Assembly (NCBI RefSeq): GCF_035084215.1
Contig: NC_090333.1
Span: 69,564,001 to 69,628,000 of the forward strand
DNA: 64,000 bases
Direction: 5' to 3'
Origin: Heptranchias perlo
Taxonomy: Eukaryota
Below the pieces are notes generated by a model. It was not told the DNA's origin, searched no databases, and saw only the letters and a list, made by a program, of their open reading frames with translations. Below are positions 23,686 to 37,675 of this stretch, one piece after another; the stretch's first letter is position 1, and every line of letters starts with the position of its first letter. The translations under genes were made by a program, and so were the position numbers.

Positions 23686-26600
23686 CCAAGAGAGGGAGTG
23701 TGTAACAGAGTTCAACAGGTCACATATCAAATCCAAAACTACTTTAGGAAACTAGGTCTGGATTGCTGTTCTATACCTCTGTTTTCACTGAGTGGGAATA
23801 CTAAAAAAATAATTCCAGATGAGGTACAAAGGCTAGATGAAAGACTTGGCCACTCATTTTTCTGTACAACACTGCACATGGGGAAATTAAATCTGTTTAC
23901 TGATGTTTTTAGTCCATGGCTCAGTGATTAGAGCTTGGGGGGTGGGGGGTGCTTTGGCATTGTGTGCAATTTTACAAAAAGGGCACGGCATGTCTAGTCT
24001 CCAACTTCTTGTGACCTCCAATGCTCCTGTCCTCCACGACGCTTAACTGCACCGTGACTTATTGAGGCAGGCTCGATGGACCAACTGGTCTTTTCTGGTC
24101 AGTTTTTTATGCTCGGATGCTCCTAGGAGGTAATTATTATAGTTTACGTGTGGCGTTTAAGCGGGCAGGAGGAGGTCATAGCTTATTGCAGCGATTGACT
24201 GGACAGAAATGTTTCTCTTTTCCCCCTCCTCCCCCCCCCCACCCACCCCTCAATTCATAAGGGTTTGTAACATTTGCTGAACTCAAGTCAAATTGTTGGA
24301 GCATAAAAGGTTTTCATCGTCACTTCTAGAAAATAGAATACAACAATATTTAACAAAATGTCTTTTGTCAGCATGTAATTTTGGCTACAATGGCAGAATG
24401 ATCTCTTGGCTGGATTTACTTTTCATTTGTGGAGAGATGTGGTGCCAAGAGGAAATTAGTGACCTAGCTTGATGCTCCTGGGAATGAACACAGAATTTAT
24501 TACAACCAGAAAAAAAATGATAAGTCAGACAAAGCCAGAGGATCTATAAATCCAGCACATTCACACCTTATCCCATCTTCAATAGAATTTAGTAGTTATG
24601 TCTTCACCTATGCAAGGGCTAGCAGCCACCCCAATTCTGAAGCTCGCAAAAAGGATAGACAACCTAACTTGTAGGGTAACCTTCATTCATCAAAATGATA
24701 CAGGAGTACAGCATGGCTTGATAGGTTCTGGGCAAACTATCGTGCAGAGTAAACACATTCGATTGTAGTCATGACATTACAGTCAGGCAGTGCCAAATGT
24801 CTTATTCCAATGTTGTATATGAAGCCCCAGTTTATTTTAACCGAAAGCTGAAGTGAAACTAACCAAGCATTTAGCATCATTCTGGAGTTACTACAGAATA
24901 TGGAGAACACAAGATAGGATGAATCAACTTAGTACAAGACGACTGCACAAAGTCATCTTCATTTTGTTATAAGCTCTTAACAGACACCATTATAGTAACT
25001 AATCACAAGATGGCAAGTTCAGAAAGGCAGCCAACCTTTTGATCCATTTGATCTCAGCTTTCCATAATACCAACCCCACTGTCCTCCCACTAACATCAAG
25101 CCATTTCTTAAATGAACCTAAAAAATTCATCATACTCCTCTCAATCACCTAGCAACAAAAGCATTGTTTCAACGATGACATGGCATGAATTCTGATCAAC
25201 TGCTTTGGGTTTCTTTTCAGCTATGGCATTTCTGCTCACCATTTACGGCTGAAGTTAGAATTTTTGCAACTAGTTGAGCTTCTTCAGTCCCAACAAAATT
25301 AGATACACTACACTTTTTCAGCAGTTTTCTTCCCTTGACAGGACAAAGTTATAACCCACAGAATATGGACCCCCATCTTTCAAAAACCTCTTGGTATCTG
25401 TTTACAAACTTCACAATTCACATTTCATCAATTACAGCACACCACGGAAAAAAAGCTGAAGCCAGAATGATATCTGCATATTCTGGTGGACTTACTTTAA
25501 TGATCCTAAAAGGAACAGATCCTCTAAAGCAGCAACTAGGTAGGCATGATGGCAGACAATACTAAAGGCTCAGGGAACAAGTATAACATAATATTAACAA
25601 ATCACAGGTGGAAACAGTGGACAAATATCACTGAGGAGCAATCAAAACTAGGGCAATATCCTCACTCCATGGTGAGCAGGAACAGTGTGGAGGCCAACTT
25701 AATGTGGTTATAATTTTGCTTTTGTTAATAAGAGTGTAACTGAAAGCTACTTTAGTTCATTAAAAGGACAGCAAATTGTCCAAGTACTTAATGGTGTTAC
25801 AGCTACAGTATTACAGTCTGTGCAAACTTTCTTTTCTCTCACAAACTGGCAGCTTATATTGTTCCACAGCTATTGCGTAAAGCTTTTCACCAGCTACAAC
25901 AATGAGGGTTCTTTAACTACTCAGCACACGGTCACATGGCAAGGGGTCCCATGCTGATTCTCCGTACGAGTCTTCAGAAATGACTGGTAGAAGAAGCCAA
26001 CTGCAGCCCACCACCACCTTTGTTCAAACAACTGGCACAACTGCGGTCAGATTTCTAAGCAAGTACATCTGTACCCGCCTGTTGCCCAGAAAAAAATGCA
26101 TATCAAGCAAATTCAACTGAACTGGGAGATGATTCACTCATGGTAATAATAGTAAGCTTCAATGCAGCCCTCAGCTCTCACAAGACAAAGCCAAAAGCTT
26201 ATTAAATAGTTGCTCTCTATTGAAGCCACACAACCACATCCTCATTCTTCTTTTGGGAAGTAATCGCATCAAAAAACAATGTTATTTTGTGCACAACACA
26301 ATACACAAGTTTCTGAATCAGCGCCAACCCTATTCTAATGAATGGGATTACTATTGCACAAATCAGTTCTAAGTGAGACAATTAGTGCTATCGTGGGTAC
26401 CACTCGAAAAGCAAGATTTTATACATATGTGCACATGGATCACCCATGCAAATGGTGAGTCAGATGATACACTCTTTCATTCTAGTGACACATAATGGCC
26501 TGGATTTTCCGCATAATTTCCGCCCAGTTAACAGTGGAATCTGGGCAGAATGAACTGAGCTGCGCCCATCACCACTTTACACTGGCGTTTACACGATCTT

Positions 26601-26904
26601 TTACGCTGTTTCAAATATCCGTTCGCCATTATCAGTGCTACTGAGTTATGGTGATTGAATAAACAAAACTGTTTTTATTGAAGTATTGAGTGGTGGTGGT
26701 ATTTTCAGCTTCAAATTATGTAATTATGTCCACATTTTCACAGACTATTACAAATCTATGGTCTTGCTCAGACAGTCTCAAGTGTATAGTGGTGCCAATC
26801 ACTCCAATAAGTAGCCCGAGTGTCTTATGTTTAGGAGTGTGCTCATACTGCCCAAAATCCAACTGTACAATTGTGTAACCCAGGAAGAATACTGGCTGAT
26901 TTTT

Positions 26905-28365
26905 CCTCTTGAGTAATTCCCTAGATTCTAGAACGGTCCCAGCAGATTGGAAGGTAGCAAATGTAACACCGCTATTCAAGAAAAGGAGGGAGAACACAAG
27001 GAACTACAGGCCAGTTAGCCTGACATCAGTCGTCAGGAAAATGCTGGAATCCATTAAGGAAGTTAGAAAATCATAATATGATTAGGCAGAGTCAACATAG
27101 TTTTACGAAAGGGAAATAGTGTTTAACAAATTTATTAGAGTTCTTTGAGGCTGTAACTAGCAGGGTAGATAAAGGGGAACCAGTGGATGTAGTATATTTG
27201 GATTTTCAAAAGGCATTCAATAAGGTGCCACATAAAGGGTTGCTACCCAAGATAAGGGCTCATGGGGTTGGGGGTAATTATTAATTAGCATGAATGGAAG
27301 ATTGGTCAACAGACAGAAGAGTAGGGATAAACAGGTCATTTTCAGGCTGTCAGGCTGTAACTAATGGGGTGCCACAAGGATCGGTGCTTGGGCCTCAGCT
27401 ATTTACAATCTATATTAAATGACTTAGATGAAGGAACCGAGAGTAATGCATCCAAGTTCGCTGACGATACAAAGCTAGGTGGGAAAGTAAGCTGTGAGGA
27501 GGAGATAAAGAGTCTATAAAGGGATATAGACAGGTTAAGTGAGTGGGCAAGGTGGAACATAATGTGGGGAAATGTGAGGTTATTCACTTTGGTAGGAAAA
27601 AAAAATTGAAAAACAGAATATTTTTTAAAATGGTGAGAAACTATTAAATGTTGGTGTTCAGGGGGATTTGGGTGTCCTCTTACAAGAAACAAAAAGTTAG
27701 CATGCAGGTACAGCAAGCAATTAGGAAGGCAAATGGCATGTTTGCCTTTATGGCAAGGGGGTTGGAGTACAAGAGTAAGGAAGTCTTGCTACAATTGTAC
27801 AGGGCTTTGGTGAGACTGCACCTGGAGTACTGTATACAGTTTTGGTCTCCTTACTTGAGGAAGGATATACTTGCCTTGGAGGCACTGCAACAAATGTTCA
27901 CTATATTGATTCTTGGGATGAGAGTGTTATCCTATGAGGAGAGGTTGAGTAGAATGGGCCTATTCTCTCTGGAGTTTAGAAGAATGAGAGGTGATCTCAT
28001 TGAAACATACAAGATCATGAGGGCACTTGACAGGGTAGGTGCTGAGAGATTGTTTCCCCTGGCTGGAGAGTCTGGAACTAGGGGGCATAGTCTCAGGCAT
28101 ATGAGACTGAAATGAGGTGGAATTTCTTCACTCAGAGGGTTGTGAATCTTTGGAATTCTCTACCCCAGAGGGCTGAGGATGCGGAGTCATTGAATATATT
28201 CAAGACAGATAGATTTCTGGACTCTAGGGGAATCATGGGATATGGGGATTGGGTGAGAAAGTGAAGTTGAGGCCAAAGATGAGCCATGATCTTACTGAAT
28301 GGCAGAGCAGGCACGAGGGGCTGTATGGCCTACTCCTGCTTGTACTTCTTATGTACTTATATTCT
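26905..28365 (+). mobile_element. CR1 LINE, RT to 3' end, frameshifted
   Basis: YRPVSL, YLDFQKAF, GVPQGSVLG, FADD, LEYC.QFWSP motifs and an (actt/atgt) tail. Confidence 0.92.
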
Positions 28366-30464
28366 TAAATGGGCACCAAGAGCAATTTTAATGCCTCATT
28401 GAGTTCAGAAGGTTCAGCACAGACCAGGAATCAAACAGAGAACCTTCTGCCCAGTTTTGCTTTAATATGACAACCCACAGTTCATATACCCACTGTGCCA
28501 TTTAGGGAGCAGCTGCTGGAGTTCAGTTAGATTACCAGATTAAACCACTAAAAAAAGTGTGTGAAATCAGGAAACACTTTTTCACACAAAGGGTTGTGTT
28601 ATTAAAACTGGAGCATTTTAAACCCACAATGAAGATCCCTGACTGCAGTGCCGGTCTGGGCTCCAAACTCTTTCCTCGTGAGCTTTCTTCTATCAGGATG
28701 TCAGAGCTTCACGGGACATGAAAGCCAGCTTCCTGAAGAGGAAGTGGAAAAAGGGGGGTTGGAATAGTCGGTGTAATATCAGCTGGCCAGACCGCGACCC
28801 CCCCTCCCCACCACCAACTTGATTCACTCTACTTGCATTTACACCCGCACAGCGAGAGACAATGTTGTTGGTGGCAGTGAGGAGCTCGAACAAAGTGGGT
28901 TTCCCACCAGGAGAAATCACCGGATTGTAGTCTGTAAACAAAATATAAATCACAAAGGATGCTTAAGGAAACGAATGCTTATAATAGGATACAACAAATT
29001 ACCTCAAGTTAAACAATTTGTCCACACACAAACGTCAAAGGTCATTAATTTTTTTATTACATAAACAGATCATCGCACATTAAACAACTGCATTCATGCA
29101 CAGCCTGTGGCACAGTTGAAGATTAATGCCCTCCCTCGAAAAACGTGTACAAACTACTTCCGAAAAGGAGAAAAGTGGAAACTTGTATTATGCTACATTT
29201 AGTTTAAATATAAAAGCGAAAGCATTAAGGCCAAAAAGTGTAAACTGAAAGAATCACAGCCCTCACAAAACAAAATCAGGCAGATGTTTGAGACGGGACG
29301 GTGAGCACATTTGCACTCGTTTGGTGCCAATACACTGCTTGTGTGAAACTCATTTTATCACCTAATCACACCCACTATCTTCAATACTGCACCCTGGTGT
29401 TACACAGCTCAAAACACAAATCGCCAAACACAACCCAAATCTGGATGGATAAAATTGATAATTATACTGATGGCTATCCTCCTCCCCACCCCACAGGCCA
29501 AACAGGCACCGTCTGAAATTGTTCACTTACACTATTACACTCTGCTGAAATCCTAGCGGGGATAAAACACAGCAGTCCAATGTTGTGAAAATCTCATGCC
29601 CACCAAAAGGCTTTTCTAAAATTCCTCTTGAAACTTTCCAAATTAATGCCTTGGGAAATGAAAACAGCCATCAACTCTACGAGCTGGTATACAGGAAAAA
29701 GAAATAGCATGCAGCACCCTTTAGAAATGTGAGCAGTGACCTGAACCAAGGCTTTACTTCTGTCAGTGTCGCAGGATTTTCCTCATTGTCACTTCCGTAT
29801 CTCCTAATCTTCCAGTTAAAGCAGTGCTGTCCAATAGAAATCACTGACTAGCCACGCATGTGGCTACAATGATATCCTAGCCACATGCACCAATTTTAGT
29901 AGGAAACACCAAACGATCAAAAAACACTCGCACACTCTTCTTTTCAGCTTACCAACAAACGCACAAAAAGGTTAAAGTACAGATGCATACGTGTGTGAAT
30001 GAGTGTATTGAGATCATGTGGCCTTTTTTATTTACTAATCAGAATTGCAGTCAGCCACATCTGGATTCCCAATTCGCCTCATGTGGCCGCGGGCAGACAC
30101 ACACACACACACTTTTGTTGGCCTGTCTCAGTCAGTCCAGTCAACAAATGGGCACAATCATTCTCAGCTCCTATCTCATTCTACTGCCCTGTGGAAACAA
30201 GGCAAACGACCGACCAAGAAAACAATCAAACAAGCACATGCTTGAGCAAACAGAGCAAGCCTGCAACTAAATAATTCAGGCCAAATGAAATTAGTGACAA
30301 ACTGCAAGAGATCAGTGAAAGAAAGCGCAGCAAAGTTAGTGAAATTTCACCTATTTTTTTTTTACAAAGTAGGATTAAAAATGAAGCACATGTCCCAAGA
30401 TGAGAGACTGAACCATCATGGGGGAGGTGGGGGGGGGGGGGGGAAAGAGCGTACGCACACGTAC

Positions 30465-30707
30465 AGCACGTCACTACTGAAATGCCAAAACAGAAATCTC
30501 AAGCACCCAGAGTCGTTTCCCACATCGGAGTAGGTGTGGCTGTTGCTGTCGTCGTCTAAACAAGCAAGTAGGTTAAAAGCCACTTTGCGGATGTTCCAGA
30601 AGAGTCGGTCGTCTGTCACGAGCAATGGACAGATCATGATGGCTCTCTAGCCTCCTGACCCAGTCACTGCTGTATGAAGTTGAGTATAGAAATTTAGTAC
30701 CAGTTTC
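30465..30707 (-). other. Candidate exon (243 nt), possibly containing a start codon at 30637 (MICPLLVTDDRLFWNIRKVAFNLL...)
   Basis: Acceptor ttttgttgctgtaatag|G and donor CT|gtacgt. CpG-rich, Kozak gccatcATG, C-rich third codon positions. Confidence 0.45.
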
Positions 30708-31326
30708 CTATTACAGCAACAAAAAAGCCAACCACACACATTAGCTGGATTGTTAAATCAGAAAACTTAACAGCTCAATAGAGTACCTTTGGGCAACAGC
30801 AGCAGTGAATTAGGATACCTGGTGATTTTAAGACACATTGTTCATATTCAGCACTGGGCACTGAAAAATCAGGTGTGTGACTGAGATTAGTCCATGAGGG
30901 ACGATCATTTCACAAATAAGTAAATACTGCTTATTCTCCCCGTTGAAGGTGCGCTAACAGTTCCACAAGGAGCAATCGCCTTCTAGTATCTCAGTCATTA
31001 TGCATGGGTGACCTTGGGACAGTGGAGGTCAGCAGGGGTCACTGGACAGTGCCATGAGGGGGTATCCTGGCTCACTTTCCTCTCCCTAACCCAGAGATGC
31101 TGAGGCCAATTCTAGCACTTTTACTGTCATTTCAGTGAACAGCTTCGAACTCACAGACCAGGGGTCTGCATAGTTCCTCTTCCCTCACACCAAACACCCC
31201 CCCCCCAAAAACACCTTACACCTCTGAAGCACCTGGGGAGTTTTGCCCTACATTAAAGGCACTAATTGTAAATCTCACCCTAGACTGAGGCATGGGTGGA
31301 ATCGCTGAAGCATTTTTTTTTAAAAA

Positions 31327-31600
31327 TAGACTTGCATTTTTACAGCACCTTTCACGGCCTCAGGACATCCCAAAGTCCTTTATAGCCAATTAAGTACTTT
31401 TTACAGTATCGTCATTGTTGTAATGCAAGAAATGCAGCAGCCAATTTGCACACAGCAAGATCCCACAAACAGCAAAGTGATAATGACCAGATAATCTGTT
31501 TTTAGTGATGTTGGTTGAGGGATAAGTATTGGCCAGGACGCCGCTGCTCGTCTTCGAATAGTGCCATGGGATCTTTCACACCCACCTGAGAGGGCAGATG
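31327..31600 (-). mobile_element. Deu-domain SINE, 3' part with L2-like tail
   Basis: agacttgcatttttacagcacc..gcagccaatttgcacacagcaagatcccac..gtgccatgggatcttt. Confidence 0.8.
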
Positions 31601-32064
31601 AAAAGGAACGATAAATCAATGGAGATTGAAATCAACAGTATAAATGCAAATTAGGGAAATAAATTCTAAAACTATACTACTTCCCAACTCCTGCCTGAAA
31701 AGTTACGATAGGTTGGTGTATGATTGGTATGAAAACAACAAGTGTCAGTGCATCTCTGGAACGGCAGTGACTCCAGGAGTGGCACCTGACTCTGTAGGAG
31801 TTGGTGTGGGTAGCAGGCAACAGACTTCCTACGTAGGAGACTGCAGCAGCAAGGCGTTTGTGACTAACTAGATAGGTGATTCATCTCCCACCGACTCAGT
31901 GGCAGGGTAATTACTGTAATAATGTGAATCAGAGACTTCAGGTTGGTGTATTTCTCCGCCACCACCCCCAACCAATAAACTTTATCAAGAACTTACTTCC
32001 CTTCTTTCAAATGACGTGGCCAAATAATCTGCCATTCAGTGTTCATATGCTGCGATGAGCGTGG

Positions 32065-32506
32065 CAAACAGATAACATATATACGTGGAGTAGGTTATTA
32101 ATCTGATGCAATAAAGAACATGCATTTAATGAGGTGCCATTGGAGAGGCCTGAATATTCCAGTAACAAAAATTAAATAATCAAAAATTATTAGCACAGTG
32201 GAAGGTTACTTGATTTTTGTCTTGAAAATTAGCACAGCAATTCGTAAATGTCAATGAAGTGCTGGCGCCACCTGGTGCTACAAAAGCACACCGTCACTTC
32301 TTGGGCAAGTTTGTGACTGCTGCACTGGGAACACCAATCGTCAGGACAAGAATCAAGTAACCTTACACTGTGCTAAAAATTTTTGATTATTCCAGTAACA
32401 AAAATTAAATATTCAGGCCTCTACAATAGTATCTCATTAAATGAATGTTCCTTATTTTATTGCATCAGATTAATAACCTATTCCGTGTATATATGTTGCC
32501 TGTTTG
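32065..32506. repeat. Foldback structure: ~165-bp inverted arms with ~105-bp spacer
   Basis: 32065-32230 is the reverse complement of ~32337-32506, with scattered mismatches. Confidence 0.85.
32262..32280 (-). promoter_or_regulatory. CTCF-like motif
   Basis: Minus strand reads AGCACCAGGTGGCGCCAG, close to the CCASYAGRKGGCRS core. Confidence 0.45.
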
Positions 32507-33227
32507 ATCTTCATTTTTATGTATCATCTACAAATATCACCCAATGTCCGGTAAAATCACAGCAGCACACCCCCCAAACAACTGACAATTTCTACAAATC
32601 AATTCCTCTTATTAAGATTTGTTCTTGGGACGGGGTGATGGTGGCAATGCTGCATTTATTGCCCATCGTTGGTTGCCTTGCGGGTTGCAACTAACGGGAG
32701 CGGATTTTGCTTCTACCCAAACTTCACACCTTTTTCATTTTCCCCCAAAGCACTTGAGCTACTTTTCTGCATCTGTTGAGAATTTCAAAGAATGTGGCTT
32801 GGAACAAGGAGTTGTCACACATATTGACAAAGAGTTGCAGTTCTCTAAAGTAGCGTTTTTCATTTTGTTGAGGGACACATTCTCAAGTGCTGTGTTGTTT
32901 GAGCAACATTCCAGCATGGTTCACCATGGAGTGACTGCATCCACATTTTTATCCTAAACATGCCAGCATGGGTAACAGGACAAGAACTTTCCCATAGGAA
33001 GTGCATCTGTGGGGGCGAAGAGACAAAGAGTAACACTGCATAGTTGGCATCGGCCCAGGTCCTGTAGCTTTTAAGAAGTCATTTAATTTTCCTCTATGGG
33101 TGCAGAGAATGTTCCTCACGCCTCCGCCCACCCATTTTCAAAACGTCACTACTTTTTCCTCACCAGACGTTAAGAGGAGGACAGGGAATAAGACTCAATC
33201 TGTTGAGAATGGAAGGTGACAAAGACT

Positions 33228-33850
33228 TACAACAACTTGCATTTATATAGTAAAACATCTGAAGGCGCTTCACATGCAAAAATCAGACAAAAAATTGGCA
33301 CCGAGCCAAAGAGAGAGACATCAGGACAAAAAGTTTTATGGAGGTTCTTAAAGGAGGAGAGAGTTGGAAAAGTTGGAAGGGATTCTGGAGCTCAGGGCCT
33401 ATGTTGATGAAAACTGGGCCGCCAATAGTGGGGTGAAGTAAGTGGGGGAATGGACAACAGGCCAGAGTTGGAGCAAGTTTGTAGGACTGGAAGAGGTTAG
33501 AGATAGTGAGGGGGCAAGGCCAGGGAGGGATTTTACATAGGAACAGGAGTAGGCCATTCAACCCCTCAAGCCTGTTCCACCATTCTATTAGATCACAGCT
33601 GATCAGTTCATTGACTCCATTTACCCGCCATTGATCGATATCCATGATACCCTTACCTAACAAAAATCTGTCCATCTTAGTTTGAAAATTTCAATTGGAT
33701 CAGCATCCACAGCCTTTTGGGGAAAAGGGTGTTCCAGATTTCCACGGTCCTGTGCGTGGAAAAAGCGCTTCCTGATATCACTCCTAAAATGGCCTAGCTC
33801 TATTTTTAAGATTGTGCCCCCTTGTGCTGGACTCCTCACCAGAGGGAATA
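33228..33850 (-). mobile_element. L2 tail (33228-33535) abutting a CR1 3' fragment (33536-33850)
   Basis: acaacaacttgcatttatatag L2 tail; cataggaacaggagtaggccattc CR1 end. Confidence 0.75.
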
Positions 33851-35566
33851 GCAACTCTTGCCAACAGCCACCAGTTAAGAGGGAGACTCTCCACATAGCT
33901 TCTGAGCCCTATTACAATTACCACATCTCCGGATGGCTGCAATCGGACTATGCAAAATCTTTTACTCGAGTGGCCTTTGAGCAGCTGCCTGAACCAAGGT
34001 AATTGTTCCAACATAAGAAAATAAGAAAAAGGAGCATGAGTAGGCCATCCAGCCCCTCGAACCTACTCCTCCATTCAAGATCATGGCTGATCATCTACCT
34101 CAACGCCATTTTCCTGCACTATCCCCATATCCCTTGATGCCTTTAATATCTAGAAATCTATCAATCTCTGTTTTGAATGTACACAATGACAGACTCCCCA
34201 GCCCTCTGGGGTAGAGAATTCCAAAGATTCACCACCCTCAGTGAAGAAATTTCTCATCTCAGTTCTAAATAGCCTTATTCTGAGACTGTGACCCTGGTTC
34301 TAGACTCACCAGCCAGGGGAAACATCCTCCTTGCATCCACCCTGTCGAGCCCTGTAAGAATTTTGTATGTTTCAATGATATCACCTCTCATTCTTCTAAA
34401 CTCTAGAGAATACAGGCCTAGTCTACTCAATCTCTCCTCATACAACAATCCCGCCATCCCAGGAATCAGTCTGGTGAACCTTCATTGCACTTCTTCTATG
34501 GCAAGTATATCCTTTCTTAGGTAAGAAATTTGAGCACATGGAATTGGTATGGATTGAGAATTGGTTAACAGACAATAAACAGGTCTTTTTCAGGTTGGCA
34601 GACTGTGACTAGTGGGGTACTGCAGGGATCAGTACTTGGGCCCCAAAATTGTACACAATACTCCAGGTGCAGTCTCACCAAGGTCCTATATAATTGCAGT
34701 ATGACATCTTTACTCCTGTACTCAAATCCTCTTGTAATAAAGGCCAACATACCATTTGCCTTCCTAATTGCTTGCTGCACCTGCATGTTAGCTCTCAGTG
34801 ACTCATTTACAAGGATACCCAGCTCCCTTTGAATATCAACATTTCCCAATCTCTCACCATTTAGAAAATACTCTGCATTTCTGTTTTTCCTACCAAAGTG
34901 AATAACTTCACATTTTTCCCCATTATATTCCATCTGCCATGTTCTTGCCCACTCACTTAGCTTATCTATCCCCTTGAAGCCTCTTTGAATCCTCCTCAAC
35001 TCATATTCCCACCTAGTTTCAGGTCATCAGCAAACTTGGAAATATTACATTTGGTCCCCTCATCCAAAATCATTTATATATTGTGAATAGCTGGGGCCCC
35101 GAGTACCAATCCCTGCGGTACCCCACTGGTCACAGTCTGCCAACCTGAAAAAGACCTGTTTATTGTCTGTTAACCAATTCTCAATCCATACCAATTCCAT
35201 GTGCTCAAATTTTGTTCACCATCCTCCTGTGTGAGACTTCATCAAAAGCCTTCTGAAAATCCAAATACACCACATCCACTGGTTCTCCCTTATCTATTCT
35301 ACCAGTTACATCCTCAAAGAACTCCAATAGGTTTGTCAAACATGATTTCCCTTTCATAAATCCATGTTGACTCTGCCAAATCCTATTATTTTCTAAGTGT
35401 CCTGTTATCACATCCTTTATAATAGATTCTAGCATTTTCCCAACTACTGATGTCAGGCTAAACGGTCTGTAGTTACTCATTTTCTCTCTCCCTCCTTTCT
35501 TAAATAGCAGGGTTACAATTGCCACCCTCCAATATGCAGGAACTGTTCCATAATCTATAGAATTTT

Positions 35567-36160
35567 CTTTTTTTTTTTAAATTCATTCATGGGATGTGAG
35601 CATTTATTGCCCATCCCTAATTGCCCTTGAGAAGGTGGTGGTGAGCCGCCTTCTTGAACCACTGCAGTCCACGTGGTGAAGGTTCTCCCACAGTGCTGTT
35701 AGGAAGGGAGTTCCAGGATTTTCACCCAGCGACGATGAAGGAACGGCGATATATTTCCAAGTCGGGATGGTGTGTGACTTGGAGGGGAACGTGCAGGTGG
35801 TGGTGTTCCCATGTGCCTGCTGCTCTTGTCCTTCTAGGTGGTAGAGGTTGCGGGTTTGCGAGGTGCTGTCGAAGAAGCCTTGGCGAGTTGCTGCAGTGCA
35901 TCCTGTGGATGGTACACACTGCAGCCACTGTGCACCGGTGGTGAAGGGAGTGAATGTTTAGGGTAGTGGATGGGGTGCCAATCAAGCGGCTGCTTTGTTC
36001 TGGATGGTGTCGAGCTTCTTGTGTTGTTGGAGCTGCACTCATCCAAGCAAGTGGAGAGCATTCCATCACACTCCTGACTTGTGCCTTGTAGATGGTGGAA
36101 AGGCTTTGGGGAGTCAGGAGATGAGACACTCGCCGCAGAATACCCAGCCTCTGACCTCCT
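35567..36160 (-). mobile_element. Family-B LINE 3' end with A-tail, nested in CR1 ORF2
   Basis: T-run at ~35568-35578 plus attcattcatggg end. CR1 sequence resumes at ttggaagat (36161). Confidence 0.9.
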
Positions 36161-37675
36161 CTTGGAAGATTACAACCAATGCATCCACTATCTCTATAGC
36201 CACCTCTTTCAAAACCCTGGGATGTAAATCAGGTCCTTGGGATTTATGAACTTTCAGTCCCACTAATTTCTCTAGTTTTTTTTTACTAAGAGTAATTTCT
36301 TTCAGTTCCTCATTCTCACCGGACCCTTGGTTCTTTAGTATTTCTGGGGAGGTTTTTTGTGTCTTCTTCCGTGAAGACAGACAAAGCATTTGTTTAATTT
36401 CTCTGCCATTTCTTTATTTGCCATTATAAATTCTCCTGTCTGTCTGTAAGGGATCCACATTTGCCTTCGCCAATCTTTTCCTTTTTTACATACCTATAGA
36501 AGCTTTTACAGTCTGTTTTTATGTTTCTCACTAGTTTACTCATTCTATTTGCTGAATTCTAAAATGCTGCTAGTCTTCAGGTTTACTGCTTTTTCTGGCA
36601 ATTCTATATGCCTCTTTGATTTAATACTATCTTTAATTTCTCTTGTTAGCCACAGTTGGATCACTTTTCCTGTTGGGTTTTTGTGCCTTAAAAGGAATGT
36701 ATATTTGTTGCAAATTATGTATTAATTGCTTAAATTATACCCGTTGCCCGTCTACCATCATACCTTTTAATGTAGTCCCCCAATCAACCACAGCCAACTT
36801 ATGCCTCATACCTTCGTAATTTCCTTTGTTTAGATTTAAGACCCTAGTTTCGGATTGAACGACATCACTTTCAAACTTAACGAAGAATTCTATCATATTA
36901 TGGTCACTCTTCCCTAAGGGCTCCTTTACATTATTAATTAACCCTTTCTCATTGCACAATTCCAGATCTACAATAGCCTGTTCCCTAGTTGGTTCCTCAA
37001 CATACTGATCTAGGAAACCATCTCGTATACATTCCAGGAATTCGTCCTCCACAGTATTAGTGCTAATTTGGTTTGCCCAATCTATATTTAGATTAAAGTC
37101 CATGATTACTGTATTACCCTTAATACATGCATTTCTAATTTCCTGCTTTATACCGTGCCCTACATTACCACTACTGTTTGGTGGCCTATAAACAACTCCC
37201 ACCAACGTTTTCTGCCCCTTGCTGTTTCTTAGCTCCACCCAAACTGATTCTACATCTGGATCTTCTGAGCCAAGATCCTCTCACTATTGTACTGATCTCA
37301 TCCTTTATTAACAGCACTAACCCACCTCCTTTTCCTTTTTGCCTGTCCTTCCTAAATGTCAAATATCCTTGAATATTCAGTTCCCAGCCTTGGTCACCCT
37401 GCAGCCACGTCTCCGTAATGGCAATTAGATCATACCCATTTACTTCTATTTGTGCCGTCAATTCATCTACCTTGTTGCGAATGCTGCGTGCATTCAGATA
37501 AAGTGCCTTTAATTTTGCCTTTTTAACATTTTTTCCTATTTTGACCTTATTTGCTGCCGGCCTTCGTTTCCACTGCCTTCCAATTTCATTTACTACTTTT
37601 CTGCCTTCCATTTCCAGTTTTGTTACTTTCCCTTCTGAATCTCCTCTCAGGTTCCCATCCCCCTGCCAAGCTAGT

